Part shown: positions 46,744-55,901 of the stretch, one piece after another
How the letters are laid out: every line of letters starts with the position of its first letter
How positions within the stretch are numbered: the stretch's first letter is position 1
From: a virus
Taxonomy: Duplodnaviria > Heunggongvirae > Uroviricota > Caudoviricetes
Virus record (IMG/VR): IMGVR_UViG_3300012983_000002
Length of the DNA stretch: 64,000 nucleotides
Reading direction: 5' to 3' (one strand)
The notes under the pieces: model-generated
Databases searched by the model: none
What the model saw: only the letters and a program-made list of their open reading frames with translations
What the model was told of the DNA's origin: nothing
Program-made: the position numbers and the translations under genes

Positions 46744-46858
46744 GAATGCAAGAATAAAGCAGCAGATTAATAATGTATTATTCTGTTACTTTTGATTTGG
46801 TACTCGGGATAGAAGACACCCTTTCTCAATTATATATAGCACACACGCTCAAATAATT

Positions 46859-46888
46859 TCACCCTATCGGACACAACCGATAGGGTGA
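46859..46888 (-). terminator. Perfect 12-bp hairpin after the fibre operon
   Basis: TCACCCTATCGG-6nt-CCGATAGGGTGA; weak U tract. Confidence 0.6.
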
Positions 46889-46916
46889 GTGCTTATTTTT
46901 AACTAGCAGATGTTAA

Positions 46917-47384
46917 TTACTCATCAAGAGCATCATCTTTCTCTTCAACAGACTGAGTAGCTGCGCCAGATCTGAATCCTGCTGCAAGATAACGAAGTTT
47001 AGCATGGTAATGCTCTTCATTCTCACTCACAGAATGAGCCTGGTTAATATATAGTACTGCAGCCTCTACTACCGGTTTGACGTCGGTAGTGGTGTACTCC
47101 TTAAGAGAAGTACTTACTAGATCTACAAGTGTCTTTGGATCGGTTGTACGTGCCTCGATAGCAGCATCGATTATATCAGCGGCCTTATCGAACGCTGGAG
47201 CTAAAGAAGGATTTAATTCTACAGCTCCTGTTACAGTCTGGCTGGCCCCAATCTGGATTAACGTATTATTTACATTATCGTCCTTGATTATACCAGTTGC
47301 TCCGAGAATAGCTAAACCTACACCCAGAACAATACCGAGCACCCAACTCTTCCAGGTAGATTTCTTATTAGTGTCTGTTTCCAT
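46917..47384 (-). CDS. Single-pass membrane protein, possibly lysis-related
   Basis: WVLGIVLGVGLAILGATGII transmembrane segment; ATG at 47384 is preceded by TATAAT-6nt. Confidence 0.65.
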   Translation of the reverse strand: METDTNKKSTWKSWVLGIVLGVGLAILGATGIIKDDNVNNTLIQIGASQTVTGAVELNPSLAPAFDKAADIIDAAIEARTTDPKTLVDLVSTSLKEYTTTDVKPVVEAAVLYINQAHSVSENEEHYHAKLRYLAAGFRSGAATQSVEEKDDALDE

Positions 47385-47398
47385 ACTTAAATTATACA

Positions 47399-50300
47399 CT
47401 AACCATTCATTAATTCACCTTCCACAATTATATAATTGTGGCCAAAAATTTTACCTGATGCTCTGGCGTACGGATACTCTGTAGCATTCTCCGGAAGAGT
47501 TTGTCCTGGACTACAGTAGTTCCATTCGGCATTTTGCAATACTCCTGATATAGTTGGCAATGTGTCTCCGGGCATCTTGTAGTGCGTTACTATCAGCTTG
47601 GTCTTTAACGAAAGAAGTTTACCTGCGCCGGCTCCATCTTTTCTCCAAATTCTAACGTTTCTACTAGTGCCGCTTTCAGCTGTAATTGTAGGGCCTGAGG
47701 ATGGTTCTCCTGTGCTTCCGAGATCTATTGATCCGCGAAGTTTCCCTCTACACCTAAGATCAGCGAAAGGTATAGCGTTACTGATAACTCTACCCCTAAA
47801 ATTAGCAACAGGATAAATACTTATATAATTGATTCGTATTCTAGCATAATCAGCACCGTTATATATCTTCTTAACTGTAGAGGAAGTTTGCTCCCAGCGC
47901 AGTCCCATTGCTGTCAATTGACGATCTATCGACTTAGGAGTCTGAGTAGGTCCTACTTCAAAAGTATCAGAAATCTTAACAACAACTCCAATATCTTCTA
48001 TAGGCATCTTGATATTTTTAGTATACGTAGTTTTGCCTTTCTGACCTCCATTATCGGAACTATTATAAATAATCCCTAAACTTAGGTGATTCGCTCCTGA
48101 GGAGGTTAAAGACGTCATACCGTAATACATCGTACCAGCTTTGCATTCTTTTCCTTTTGGATAGCTGTAAGTTTGAGGACCTCCGTTCATAGTAAACGTT
48201 ACAGGGAAAGTCATTTCTCCAGCAACTTCTGCTACTCGGGCACCTGCACCCTGCACTTCCACATTATTAGCCACATCGTTAAATGATAGCTTGAGTCTGT
48301 GACTAGGCACAGAGAATATAACTCTATTAGATGACGCACTGCCTCCTCTAGTACCAACAATCTTTGCGTCAACTTTAGTGTACGTTCCTTTGAGTGCTCC
48401 CTGCACAGAGTAAACGTACACTTGTCCCTGCGGAGTATACATGTGTTTACCCTCACTCTCTGGAGGAGACCAATCTGAAGGCTTACCTCCTGTGGTACCA
48501 CCACCGCCTCCTCCGCCTCCTCCGCCTCCCCCACCGCCGGAGTCATCGTCATCTTCGTCGTTATCTTCATTATTTTCGTTACCGCCCCCATTATTATCCC
48601 CGCACCCTGGTATATTAGTGGCACCATCAGGACAAGGTCGAGGAGGTGTTCCGCAGTTTTTATTACAGTTGGAAGGATCGGTTTCGCAACAATCCGTTGG
48701 AGTAGGATCGCAACATGTTAGAGTAGTACTCTCCACCTCATAACACGTATTATCTGGATCGTTTACATCCTTAATGAAATAACTTGATAATCTGTCAGCA
48801 TCTGTCCATGTAGTTAAGTCCATATAACTATCATTCGCCGCAAAGTCCACATTACCCGTAATGATGTCTTCTATAGATGAATCTATAGGTGCAGAATCAC
48901 TACTCGTGCTTGTTAACGGATCGTACCCTGCCGGGGTCTGGAATACAACGCTACCATCAACTGTTCTAAAAAATCTCACAGGAGCACCGTCCGGAACCGC
49001 ATCTGTAGTTATTAGCTCGGAGTCTAATACCACGGCGTTTGGTGGAGTTGGCGGATTCTCCGGAGTGGCATTTCCCTTAATAGCATAGTAATAAGCATCG
49101 TCGCCTGAAACAACAGTAATATCTCCAGCTGGAGGAATTATAATTCCTCCCGTAGGTGCCTCATCAACATATACTTTTGTACCTTCAGCAACTAGTTCGA
49201 AATTATCCAATCCGTTATAAAGATTAACAACAAACGTAGATAGCAAATGAGCGTCTACTGCACTGATAACAGTACCTCTTATAACTGTTCTCTCAACGTC
49301 AAACATCTTATTAACAGTGAAGGATCCAGCTGTTGTGCAGGCCGTTCCGGATGTAATCATATCTAAGTTAGCACCATTACCTATCACCAACTTATCGGCA
49401 GCTATAGCGATTCCGTCTGTATCAGAGCTTAATGTAGAATTATTCTCTAAAATAACAGTAGATATATTAATACTATCTAGGTCCTCCCGTCCTGTGTCCC
49501 CCCATACTGTTACAGTACCATTACTACTAAAACAATCCGTAATACGAGAAGAACCTCTTACGGCTAAAGATGCACCTGTGTTTGGAGAAATCTTATAAGC
49601 ATCGGAAATATTAAATTGCGATATACCTTCCCCCAAATAATACATTCCTGTAAACTGTTCAGTATTAGTAATCTGCAAATGGTTAGTGGATTCAGTATCT
49701 TCAAAATAACCGTCAGGAACTACTCCTATTCCTACAGTACCCGTACCCTCTAATGAATCTACAGTAATTGTGTTGTGACGTCCTGAACAAAATGCAAATT
49801 TGCCAAATTCATCTACGTGAAGAGTTTCTATGTGTATACTACTACCTTCGGTTACTCCTAATAAACTATCAGCATAGTCAGCGTAATTAGGGCTATTAGC
49901 ATTATAGTTAGCCTCCATAAGAATATTTTTTACAAATACAGGAGCACCACCAGAATCTAGATCAGCGGATGTAACAAACAACACTAACACCGGCGTATTC
50001 TCACTGAGCTCAATCTCTTTAGGTATCTCAATATCCACAACAGTATGTAGCTCATCTTCATTAAGCAAGGTATTATCCACAAGACACACAGACTGAGGAC
50101 CTTCGCTACCACTAGCGTCCACAGAAGAGGGCAACCAAACAGAATAGCGGATAGGGTATACAGTCGTATTAGGATACTCAGCGTCGAAAGACAACCTTAA
50201 TTTACTTGCACTACTTAATGCAGGTATATTGTAAAAAATACCAGCATATTGATTATTCAATCTAGGACGGCTAGTCAACTTAAGATACGCCTTAAGCCCA

Positions 50301-53164
50301 GTAACGTCGTTGTCTTCTGTTATTAATAATCCAGCCTCAGTATTAACTTCAGCACCGTTACCTTGTCCGAATACAACCTTAGGATAAGAATTGTCTATAG
50401 CAACATGCTGAGCGAACGCATGCACAGTTCTACCGTTGATAACATCTCCAAATAGTTCAGTACCACCCGCAGCCAAAGTAACCCTTATAGGCTGAGTTAC
50501 ATATGTAGGTAAAACATCAGACGCAGGATCACGAACAGGTATGACAGTCTTCAACTCTTCCGGGAAAGTTAGTACGCCTAATGTATCATTCGGTACAATA
50601 ACACTACCAAACACAGAATCCTTAATAGGATGAATAACTGCTTGATCCAAAATAACGTTCGAGAACGACGTAAGATTTATTGCAGGAATATTTCTACCTT
50701 GTAGTATAAGTGTACCTGTATAAGTAGAACTTGGGAGTGTTGCGGATCCGTCTGCGTATAACAATACGCCGCTCTCCTCCCCATCAACAACCTTACGATC
50801 ACTCAAGACAAACCCAGGAGCTATCAGGTTAGGGGTATCGTATGATACACCATCCATCAGAACGATCTTCTCTATGCTGTCATACACAGTACCCGTTACA
50901 GCAATATTTCCGTCACCAATATCTCCCTCGAATACAGAAATGTCAGCAATGTTATATTCCGGAGGAGTATCGTAAGCAAAAGTAGAACCTGTTAATACAG
51001 CAATACTCTTAACCTGCACTGGAGCGGCATCTATTTTTTTAAATACCGAAGAAGAATACTCCACACTTCCAGGTGCAGAGATAACGTATATACCGTCGCC
51101 TACTATACTATCTCCTGACCCATTAACAGAGTTTACCAAATCGAATGTAAGACAGCGGCCTGATGCGCTAAGTACGAACGTACAATTAGTGTACGAGGCG
51201 TACGACTTACTATATCGGCTTCCTATGGGTAAATAAGCCTGCGTGTTGAATCGTAAACCTTCTGTCCTACCTATATCCGCCACGTAGGAACTGTCAGTAT
51301 AAGGCAAGTACTTCCAGGTATTATCTACATGTTGCCATCTGTACTCATAGTCAAGTACACTATCAAAAAATCCCCTATATCTCTTGTTACGATTGTTAAA
51401 TAGAGAAATAGTATTATCCTGCCCAAACGCACATAAAGGAACGTCGACAACGTTACCCTCATCTGTATCTACAACACTATGAGCCTCCATCCACCTGGGA
51501 CTAGGGGTAGTTTTGCATCCGGATTCAATTAAATCATCGGGTATTCTGTAATAAGCGCCCGTGACACTGTGTACATAGTAATAGCCTGCCTTAAGTTCCT
51601 CAGTGTCCTCCGGTACATGCACCATGTCATTGGACGGAGGTAGTATAAAATTAGTGTACAACCATATACGGAACTTATCGTAACTTACCGGAGGCTTACC
51701 TTCGCAATATTTATCCAGTACCTTGGGAGGTGGTCCGTACAACGCATAAGGATCAGTGATATCTTCTGGAACTTGCCACGTACCATCCATTTCCCCCGCA
51801 GAAAGCTTATGCTCTATAGCTACAATATTTAATGCATCATTTTTTGTAGAAGCAAACAAAAACCACACGGGAGATACCTCTTGTACAGCTTCGTAATAAG
51901 ACTGATTAGAAGAGAAATCACATGTCTTATCGCAATCAGGATCATCTACTACGTCATACACTATACCTGCAAGATAAGACATAGAGAGGTTAAACATACC
52001 TAAGTACACAGGCTCGCATGAAGCTCTAAGCTTTCCGTCTTTAAGCATAGTCTTCTTACTTTCCTCTTCCCCTGCCCAACGTAATATAGGTGCAGAAAAT
52101 GAGCCTCGTGTACTAGCAATACACTCTATGAATCCCTCTAAAGGACTTGCCGGAGAAGAAGGTGCATCGCTATCACTCGGATCAATGATTACTACCTCCC
52201 ACTGCCCTGTCGCACTATTATATACAAGTTTCTCATATGCATCAGCCGTTGCAGGAGTAACGGCAGCGGACACAAGATTACCAAACTGCCATTCCAAAGC
52301 CCCATGGTGTACTCTTCCGCATAACGTATACTCATTTCTACTATTAGGTCTTATCGAGCATACGTCCCACTCCCAATTGGCAGGCAATTTAAATGTAAGA
52401 AGCTTACGCCAACCCTCTTCTACGTATAAATTAGGAAATCTACCACTTTCAAGCTGATCAATAGAAGCACTAGGAGTTATTGACGAATAAACAGCAACAG
52501 CACTAGCATTAGAAGAATGCAGACTGGAATCAGGAGCATTGTAAGTAATAACACCAGCGTCAGTATTAACAAATGTACCGTAAAACTTAGTATTACCAAG
52601 TACACTGACAATATATTCGCCTATTTCATCATACGGAATATACACAGCGGCACAGTCTAACTCACCGTCATCAGTATACATAACACCAGGAGACAGTTCC
52701 ACATAAGGCATCTGAGTACTTTCCGAAGTTTCAATAAGAGACCACGCTGTATCTACCGTATGCTCCAATACCGCCCCATTACGCAAAACTACTTCTAATG
52801 CGCCTGGACTTGGGTAACATTTGTGCGGAGGTATTTCGTTATAGAAAGCAAAGATAAAGCCAGGATCTTCTGATCCGACTTCTACTACATCATTGGTTTT
52901 ATATACCAGTTTGGGAGTATCTTCTGTCGCTTCTGCGCATGGAAGAAGATAATTACTATATGTTACAAGCTCTCCTGTTGCGGCATTATATATACCCAGA
53001 TACGGTATAACGTCCGGGATAGTGTCTACTGTAAAACTAACTATAGACACCCTAGGTAGCATAAAGTCTCTCGGCAAACAAAACGCTCTTACAGCGCTCG
53101 TTCCGAGAGACTCCAAACCTTGCTGAGCTGTAGATAGAACAACTAACTCTTTATAACTTACCAT
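47399..53164 (-). CDS. Very large acidic virion adhesin/fibre-like protein
   Basis: 1921 aa, beta-rich, with beta-helix-like stretches, a Cys cluster, an acidic run and a poly-Gly linker; next to a fibre gene. Confidence 0.6.
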   Translation of the reverse strand: MVSYKELVVLSTAQQGLESLGTSAVRAFCLPRDFMLPRVSIVSFTVDTIPDVIPYLGIYNAATGELVTYSNYLLPCAEATEDTPKLVYKTNDVVEVGSEDPGFIFAFYNEIPPHKCYPSPGALEVVLRNGAVLEHTVDTAWSLIETSESTQMPYVELSPGVMYTDDGELDCAAVYIPYDEIGEYIVSVLGNTKFYGTFVNTDAGVITYNAPDSSLHSSNASAVAVYSSITPSASIDQLESGRFPNLYVEEGWRKLLTFKLPANWEWDVCSIRPNSRNEYTLCGRVHHGALEWQFGNLVSAAVTPATADAYEKLVYNSATGQWEVVIIDPSDSDAPSSPASPLEGFIECIASTRGSFSAPILRWAGEEESKKTMLKDGKLRASCEPVYLGMFNLSMSYLAGIVYDVVDDPDCDKTCDFSSNQSYYEAVQEVSPVWFLFASTKNDALNIVAIEHKLSAGEMDGTWQVPEDITDPYALYGPPPKVLDKYCEGKPPVSYDKFRIWLYTNFILPPSNDMVHVPEDTEELKAGYYYVHSVTGAYYRIPDDLIESGCKTTPSPRWMEAHSVVDTDEGNVVDVPLCAFGQDNTISLFNNRNKRYRGFFDSVLDYEYRWQHVDNTWKYLPYTDSSYVADIGRTEGLRFNTQAYLPIGSRYSKSYASYTNCTFVLSASGRCLTFDLVNSVNGSGDSIVGDGIYVISAPGSVEYSSSVFKKIDAAPVQVKSIAVLTGSTFAYDTPPEYNIADISVFEGDIGDGNIAVTGTVYDSIEKIVLMDGVSYDTPNLIAPGFVLSDRKVVDGEESGVLLYADGSATLPSSTYTGTLILQGRNIPAINLTSFSNVILDQAVIHPIKDSVFGSVIVPNDTLGVLTFPEELKTVIPVRDPASDVLPTYVTQPIRVTLAAGGTELFGDVINGRTVHAFAQHVAIDNSYPKVVFGQGNGAEVNTEAGLLITEDNDVTGLKAYLKLTSRPRLNNQYAGIFYNIPALSSASKLRLSFDAEYPNTTVYPIRYSVWLPSSVDASGSEGPQSVCLVDNTLLNEDELHTVVDIEIPKEIELSENTPVLVLFVTSADLDSGGAPVFVKNILMEANYNANSPNYADYADSLLGVTEGSSIHIETLHVDEFGKFAFCSGRHNTITVDSLEGTGTVGIGVVPDGYFEDTESTNHLQITNTEQFTGMYYLGEGISQFNISDAYKISPNTGASLAVRGSSRITDCFSSNGTVTVWGDTGREDLDSINISTVILENNSTLSSDTDGIAIAADKLVIGNGANLDMITSGTACTTAGSFTVNKMFDVERTVIRGTVISAVDAHLLSTFVVNLYNGLDNFELVAEGTKVYVDEAPTGGIIIPPAGDITVVSGDDAYYYAIKGNATPENPPTPPNAVVLDSELITTDAVPDGAPVRFFRTVDGSVVFQTPAGYDPLTSTSSDSAPIDSSIEDIITGNVDFAANDSYMDLTTWTDADRLSSYFIKDVNDPDNTCYEVESTTLTCCDPTPTDCCETDPSNCNKNCGTPPRPCPDGATNIPGCGDNNGGGNENNEDNDEDDDDSGGGGGGGGGGGGGGTTGGKPSDWSPPESEGKHMYTPQGQVYVYSVQGALKGTYTKVDAKIVGTRGGSASSNRVIFSVPSHRLKLSFNDVANNVEVQGAGARVAEVAGEMTFPVTFTMNGGPQTYSYPKGKECKAGTMYYGMTSLTSSGANHLSLGIIYNSSDNGGQKGKTTYTKNIKMPIEDIGVVVKISDTFEVGPTQTPKSIDRQLTAMGLRWEQTSSTVKKIYNGADYARIRINYISIYPVANFRGRVISNAIPFADLRCRGKLRGSIDLGSTGEPSSGPTITAESGTSRNVRIWRKDGAGAGKLLSLKTKLIVTHYKMPGDTLPTISGVLQNAEWNYCSPGQTLPENATEYPYARASGKIFGHNYIIVEGELMNG

Positions 53165-53176
53165 GGTATTATAACA

Positions 53177-55885
53177 TTAATCCATAAAAGGCTTACATGT
53201 CAAAACTTTAGTAGAGCTGTCGAGAGTAAGTTTGGCCACAGGTTCGCCGTCGTTATTTATAAATACTTTAAGACTAAGCGTCTGATTATTCGAAGGAGTT
53301 ATTACTATATTATCTTCCTCCGTTATAGCTTCTATATTAACTATGTTACCATCGTTTAACTGAATAGCTCCTCCGGTCATAGTCACTACGTAACTACCGT
53401 CGGCGCCTTCTACTGGAATAAGGGTAACCTGCAGCGCAGCGTCCGAAGTCTGTACTATGGTGTTCCCAGAAGATACTCCTTTAACAGCCAGCTGACCGTC
53501 ACTTGTACGTCCTACTAAAGCAACCGTCGGATCTGAAGTGTCAAGTACATTACCTCCAACTTTAACTACACCATAAGATTCGGATGTAGCAGCAGGCACA
53601 GCAAGTTTACCATTTGTATCGTCTACACCTACAACACCGAAAGTGCCAGCAGCATATGTGTCAGGTGTACTAAGTGTGACAGCACCGGCGAGAGTGAAAG
53701 TAGCTGTTGACATACTTGTAGACGTACTAGCCACGCAAAGCTGTCCGTTGGCGTTGACTCCTACACGCAACCCGTTATCAATAACATCATCCTGCCCAAG
53801 CTTAACAACGCCAGAAGACTCTGCTGTAGCCGGACCTACAACAGTACCGTCACCGGTTGTATTAATGGCTACACATAGAGTACCGCTTTCATTCACACCA
53901 ACAGGGAAACCACCCTCTACTTTGGTAGAAGTGCCTAGTCGTACTACACCAGGATATGAGGCGGAAGCAGCAGGCACGAACGGCATTCTCCATGCATCAG
54001 AATTATAATAGTATACAGGAGAGTACTCACCTGGTGATGGTTCGTCTTTTTTATAGAAGTAATAATTAAAATCGGACGTAGAACTTCCTCCCCCAGAGAT
54101 AGATCCCTTTACACGAAGCTGTCCGTTCGCATCAACTCCTATCCCTGGATTAGTTGTTGGTAATACTTCTGAGCGACTTACACTTAACTGTACCAATCCA
54201 GGTCGTACGGTTGTGGCATAACTGGATGGATTGGTTGCGTCCACATATATAGCACCACTCTGATCAGATCCTATAGGAAGGCCATATCCGGAGTATGAGT
54301 TACCTACAGTATTGGACGACGACAGAGCTACCAGACCAAGAGTGTCTTTTGCCGCAATACCTATCTCGTCGGCAATAATATCAGATGAGATTGTAGTCTT
54401 CTCTGCTACAATCTGCCCATAAGCATTAACACCAATCTTAGCTCCATCCTCTATTACATCCGGCAGACTTAACTTTACTGTACCGTATCTATCTATCTTG
54501 GCGGTATTTAGTTCTGGAATATTACTATTAATTAACTCTAGAACCCTGCTCTCTGTAGGTACTGTAGTACTATTTATGTCATTTACAGCCAGTGAAACAT
54601 ATACACCTCCAAGACGTGCTGGTGTAGCATTGGTTATATCCAGAACACCAGTATCCTCATCTACTACAACACTAGATCCTACGCGTATGGCTCCAAGCGT
54701 AGCTGCGGTAGCTATAGGAAGTGATTGAGATAAACTAGAAAGTTTAGTCTCTACATAGTCAGTTACAGCTTGTGGCGTTACAGCTGTACTTCCTGTGTCT
54801 GTATTAGAATAATTCCCGTCAGGATCTAACGAACCCAGAACAGTAACAGCTCCTGGATAAGTTTCTGATGCGGTTCGTACATCTATATTACCGACACCAT
54901 CAATGGTAACAGCCGTATCTCCAGGCACACGAACCATGCCAAGGTTAACACCTGCTACCTTATCGTATACTTCGTTGACTTTACGTTCCAGTACAGTATT
55001 AACAAACCCTACGGAAGCAGCGTGAGAGTCCACCGCATTGTCGATATCTGTACTCTCGTCTAAAAATACAACACCTGCATTTTCAGACGTGGCACTCTTA
55101 ATAGATAAAGTTCCTGACTCGGATATAGTGAGTGCAGTGCCTGAATCTATAATTACAGTACCTAAAGAAGTTTCCGTAGCAATAGGCAGTGTTACATTAT
55201 CTGCATAATTAGATATAGCCTCTCGGACATACTTCTCAGTAACGGCATAAGTTCCATCCTCAGTGATATCCGTGCTATAATAATTCTTCAACCTGACAAC
55301 ACCAGGAACGCCCTCTGGGGAGGCTTCTTCTATGGGGGTTGCAAAATCTATTACAAGTACCCCATCGTTGTTTATCCTTACAGAGTTAGCTTGAACTGCA
55401 TTAACTGTAGTTGGTAAAGCCTTTACTAAACCAAGCTCGGTGTCTGTTGCCGTTCTCAGCTTTAACGACGTCCTAGCGTTGCTTACCTCCTCGTCAGTCA
55501 ACTCCATCGGAGCATTGACCAGAAGAAATCTAGTGTCATCAGTTAAATCTTCCCAGTTACTACCATACGACGGTGCCTTTCTCCACGCGGATCCGTCGCT
55601 AATATACAAGCCCGTACTGTCGGCAGCAAAAGTAATATATGGAGCATTGTTAGTAATTCCTGGCTCTCTGGGTATATCCTCTGTCTGCGAGATGTACTTG
55701 GACGTGAGCGATTCCCAACTTACACGAACAGTATCTATATTATTAACTACCGAAACAATATCAAACGAACTAGAACCGACTAGCGGTAAATCTGTAACTA
55801 GCTTAAAAGGAATAGAGCCGGTAGATGTATTTACAGTATCTATTCCTGTTGCAGAATATGTTTCTGGGGTGTTCGTATCACTCAT
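53177..55885 (-). CDS. Tail fibre protein with A-T-x4-G-x-V repeats
   Basis: More than a dozen repeats such as ATDTELGLVK, ATETSLGTV, ATAATLGAIR, ATTVRPGLVQL, ATAESSGVVKL, ATSESYGVVK. Confidence 0.8.
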   Translation of the reverse strand: MSDTNTPETYSATGIDTVNTSTGSIPFKLVTDLPLVGSSSFDIVSVVNNIDTVRVSWESLTSKYISQTEDIPREPGITNNAPYITFAADSTGLYISDGSAWRKAPSYGSNWEDLTDDTRFLLVNAPMELTDEEVSNARTSLKLRTATDTELGLVKALPTTVNAVQANSVRINNDGVLVIDFATPIEEASPEGVPGVVRLKNYYSTDITEDGTYAVTEKYVREAISNYADNVTLPIATETSLGTVIIDSGTALTISESGTLSIKSATSENAGVVFLDESTDIDNAVDSHAASVGFVNTVLERKVNEVYDKVAGVNLGMVRVPGDTAVTIDGVGNIDVRTASETYPGAVTVLGSLDPDGNYSNTDTGSTAVTPQAVTDYVETKLSSLSQSLPIATAATLGAIRVGSSVVVDEDTGVLDITNATPARLGGVYVSLAVNDINSTTVPTESRVLELINSNIPELNTAKIDRYGTVKLSLPDVIEDGAKIGVNAYGQIVAEKTTISSDIIADEIGIAAKDTLGLVALSSSNTVGNSYSGYGLPIGSDQSGAIYVDATNPSSYATTVRPGLVQLSVSRSEVLPTTNPGIGVDANGQLRVKGSISGGGSSTSDFNYYFYKKDEPSPGEYSPVYYYNSDAWRMPFVPAASASYPGVVRLGTSTKVEGGFPVGVNESGTLCVAINTTGDGTVVGPATAESSGVVKLGQDDVIDNGLRVGVNANGQLCVASTSTSMSTATFTLAGAVTLSTPDTYAAGTFGVVGVDDTNGKLAVPAATSESYGVVKVGGNVLDTSDPTVALVGRTSDGQLAVKGVSSGNTIVQTSDAALQVTLIPVEGADGSYVVTMTGGAIQLNDGNIVNIEAITEEDNIVITPSNNQTLSLKVFINNDGEPVAKLTLDSSTKVLTCKPFMD

Positions 55886-55901
55886 GGTCGTATGTTATAA
55901 A

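Noticed and set aside
48497-48540. CCN triplet run as a phase-variation tract
   Set aside because: Mixed Gly codons in triplet units; length change would not shift the frame.
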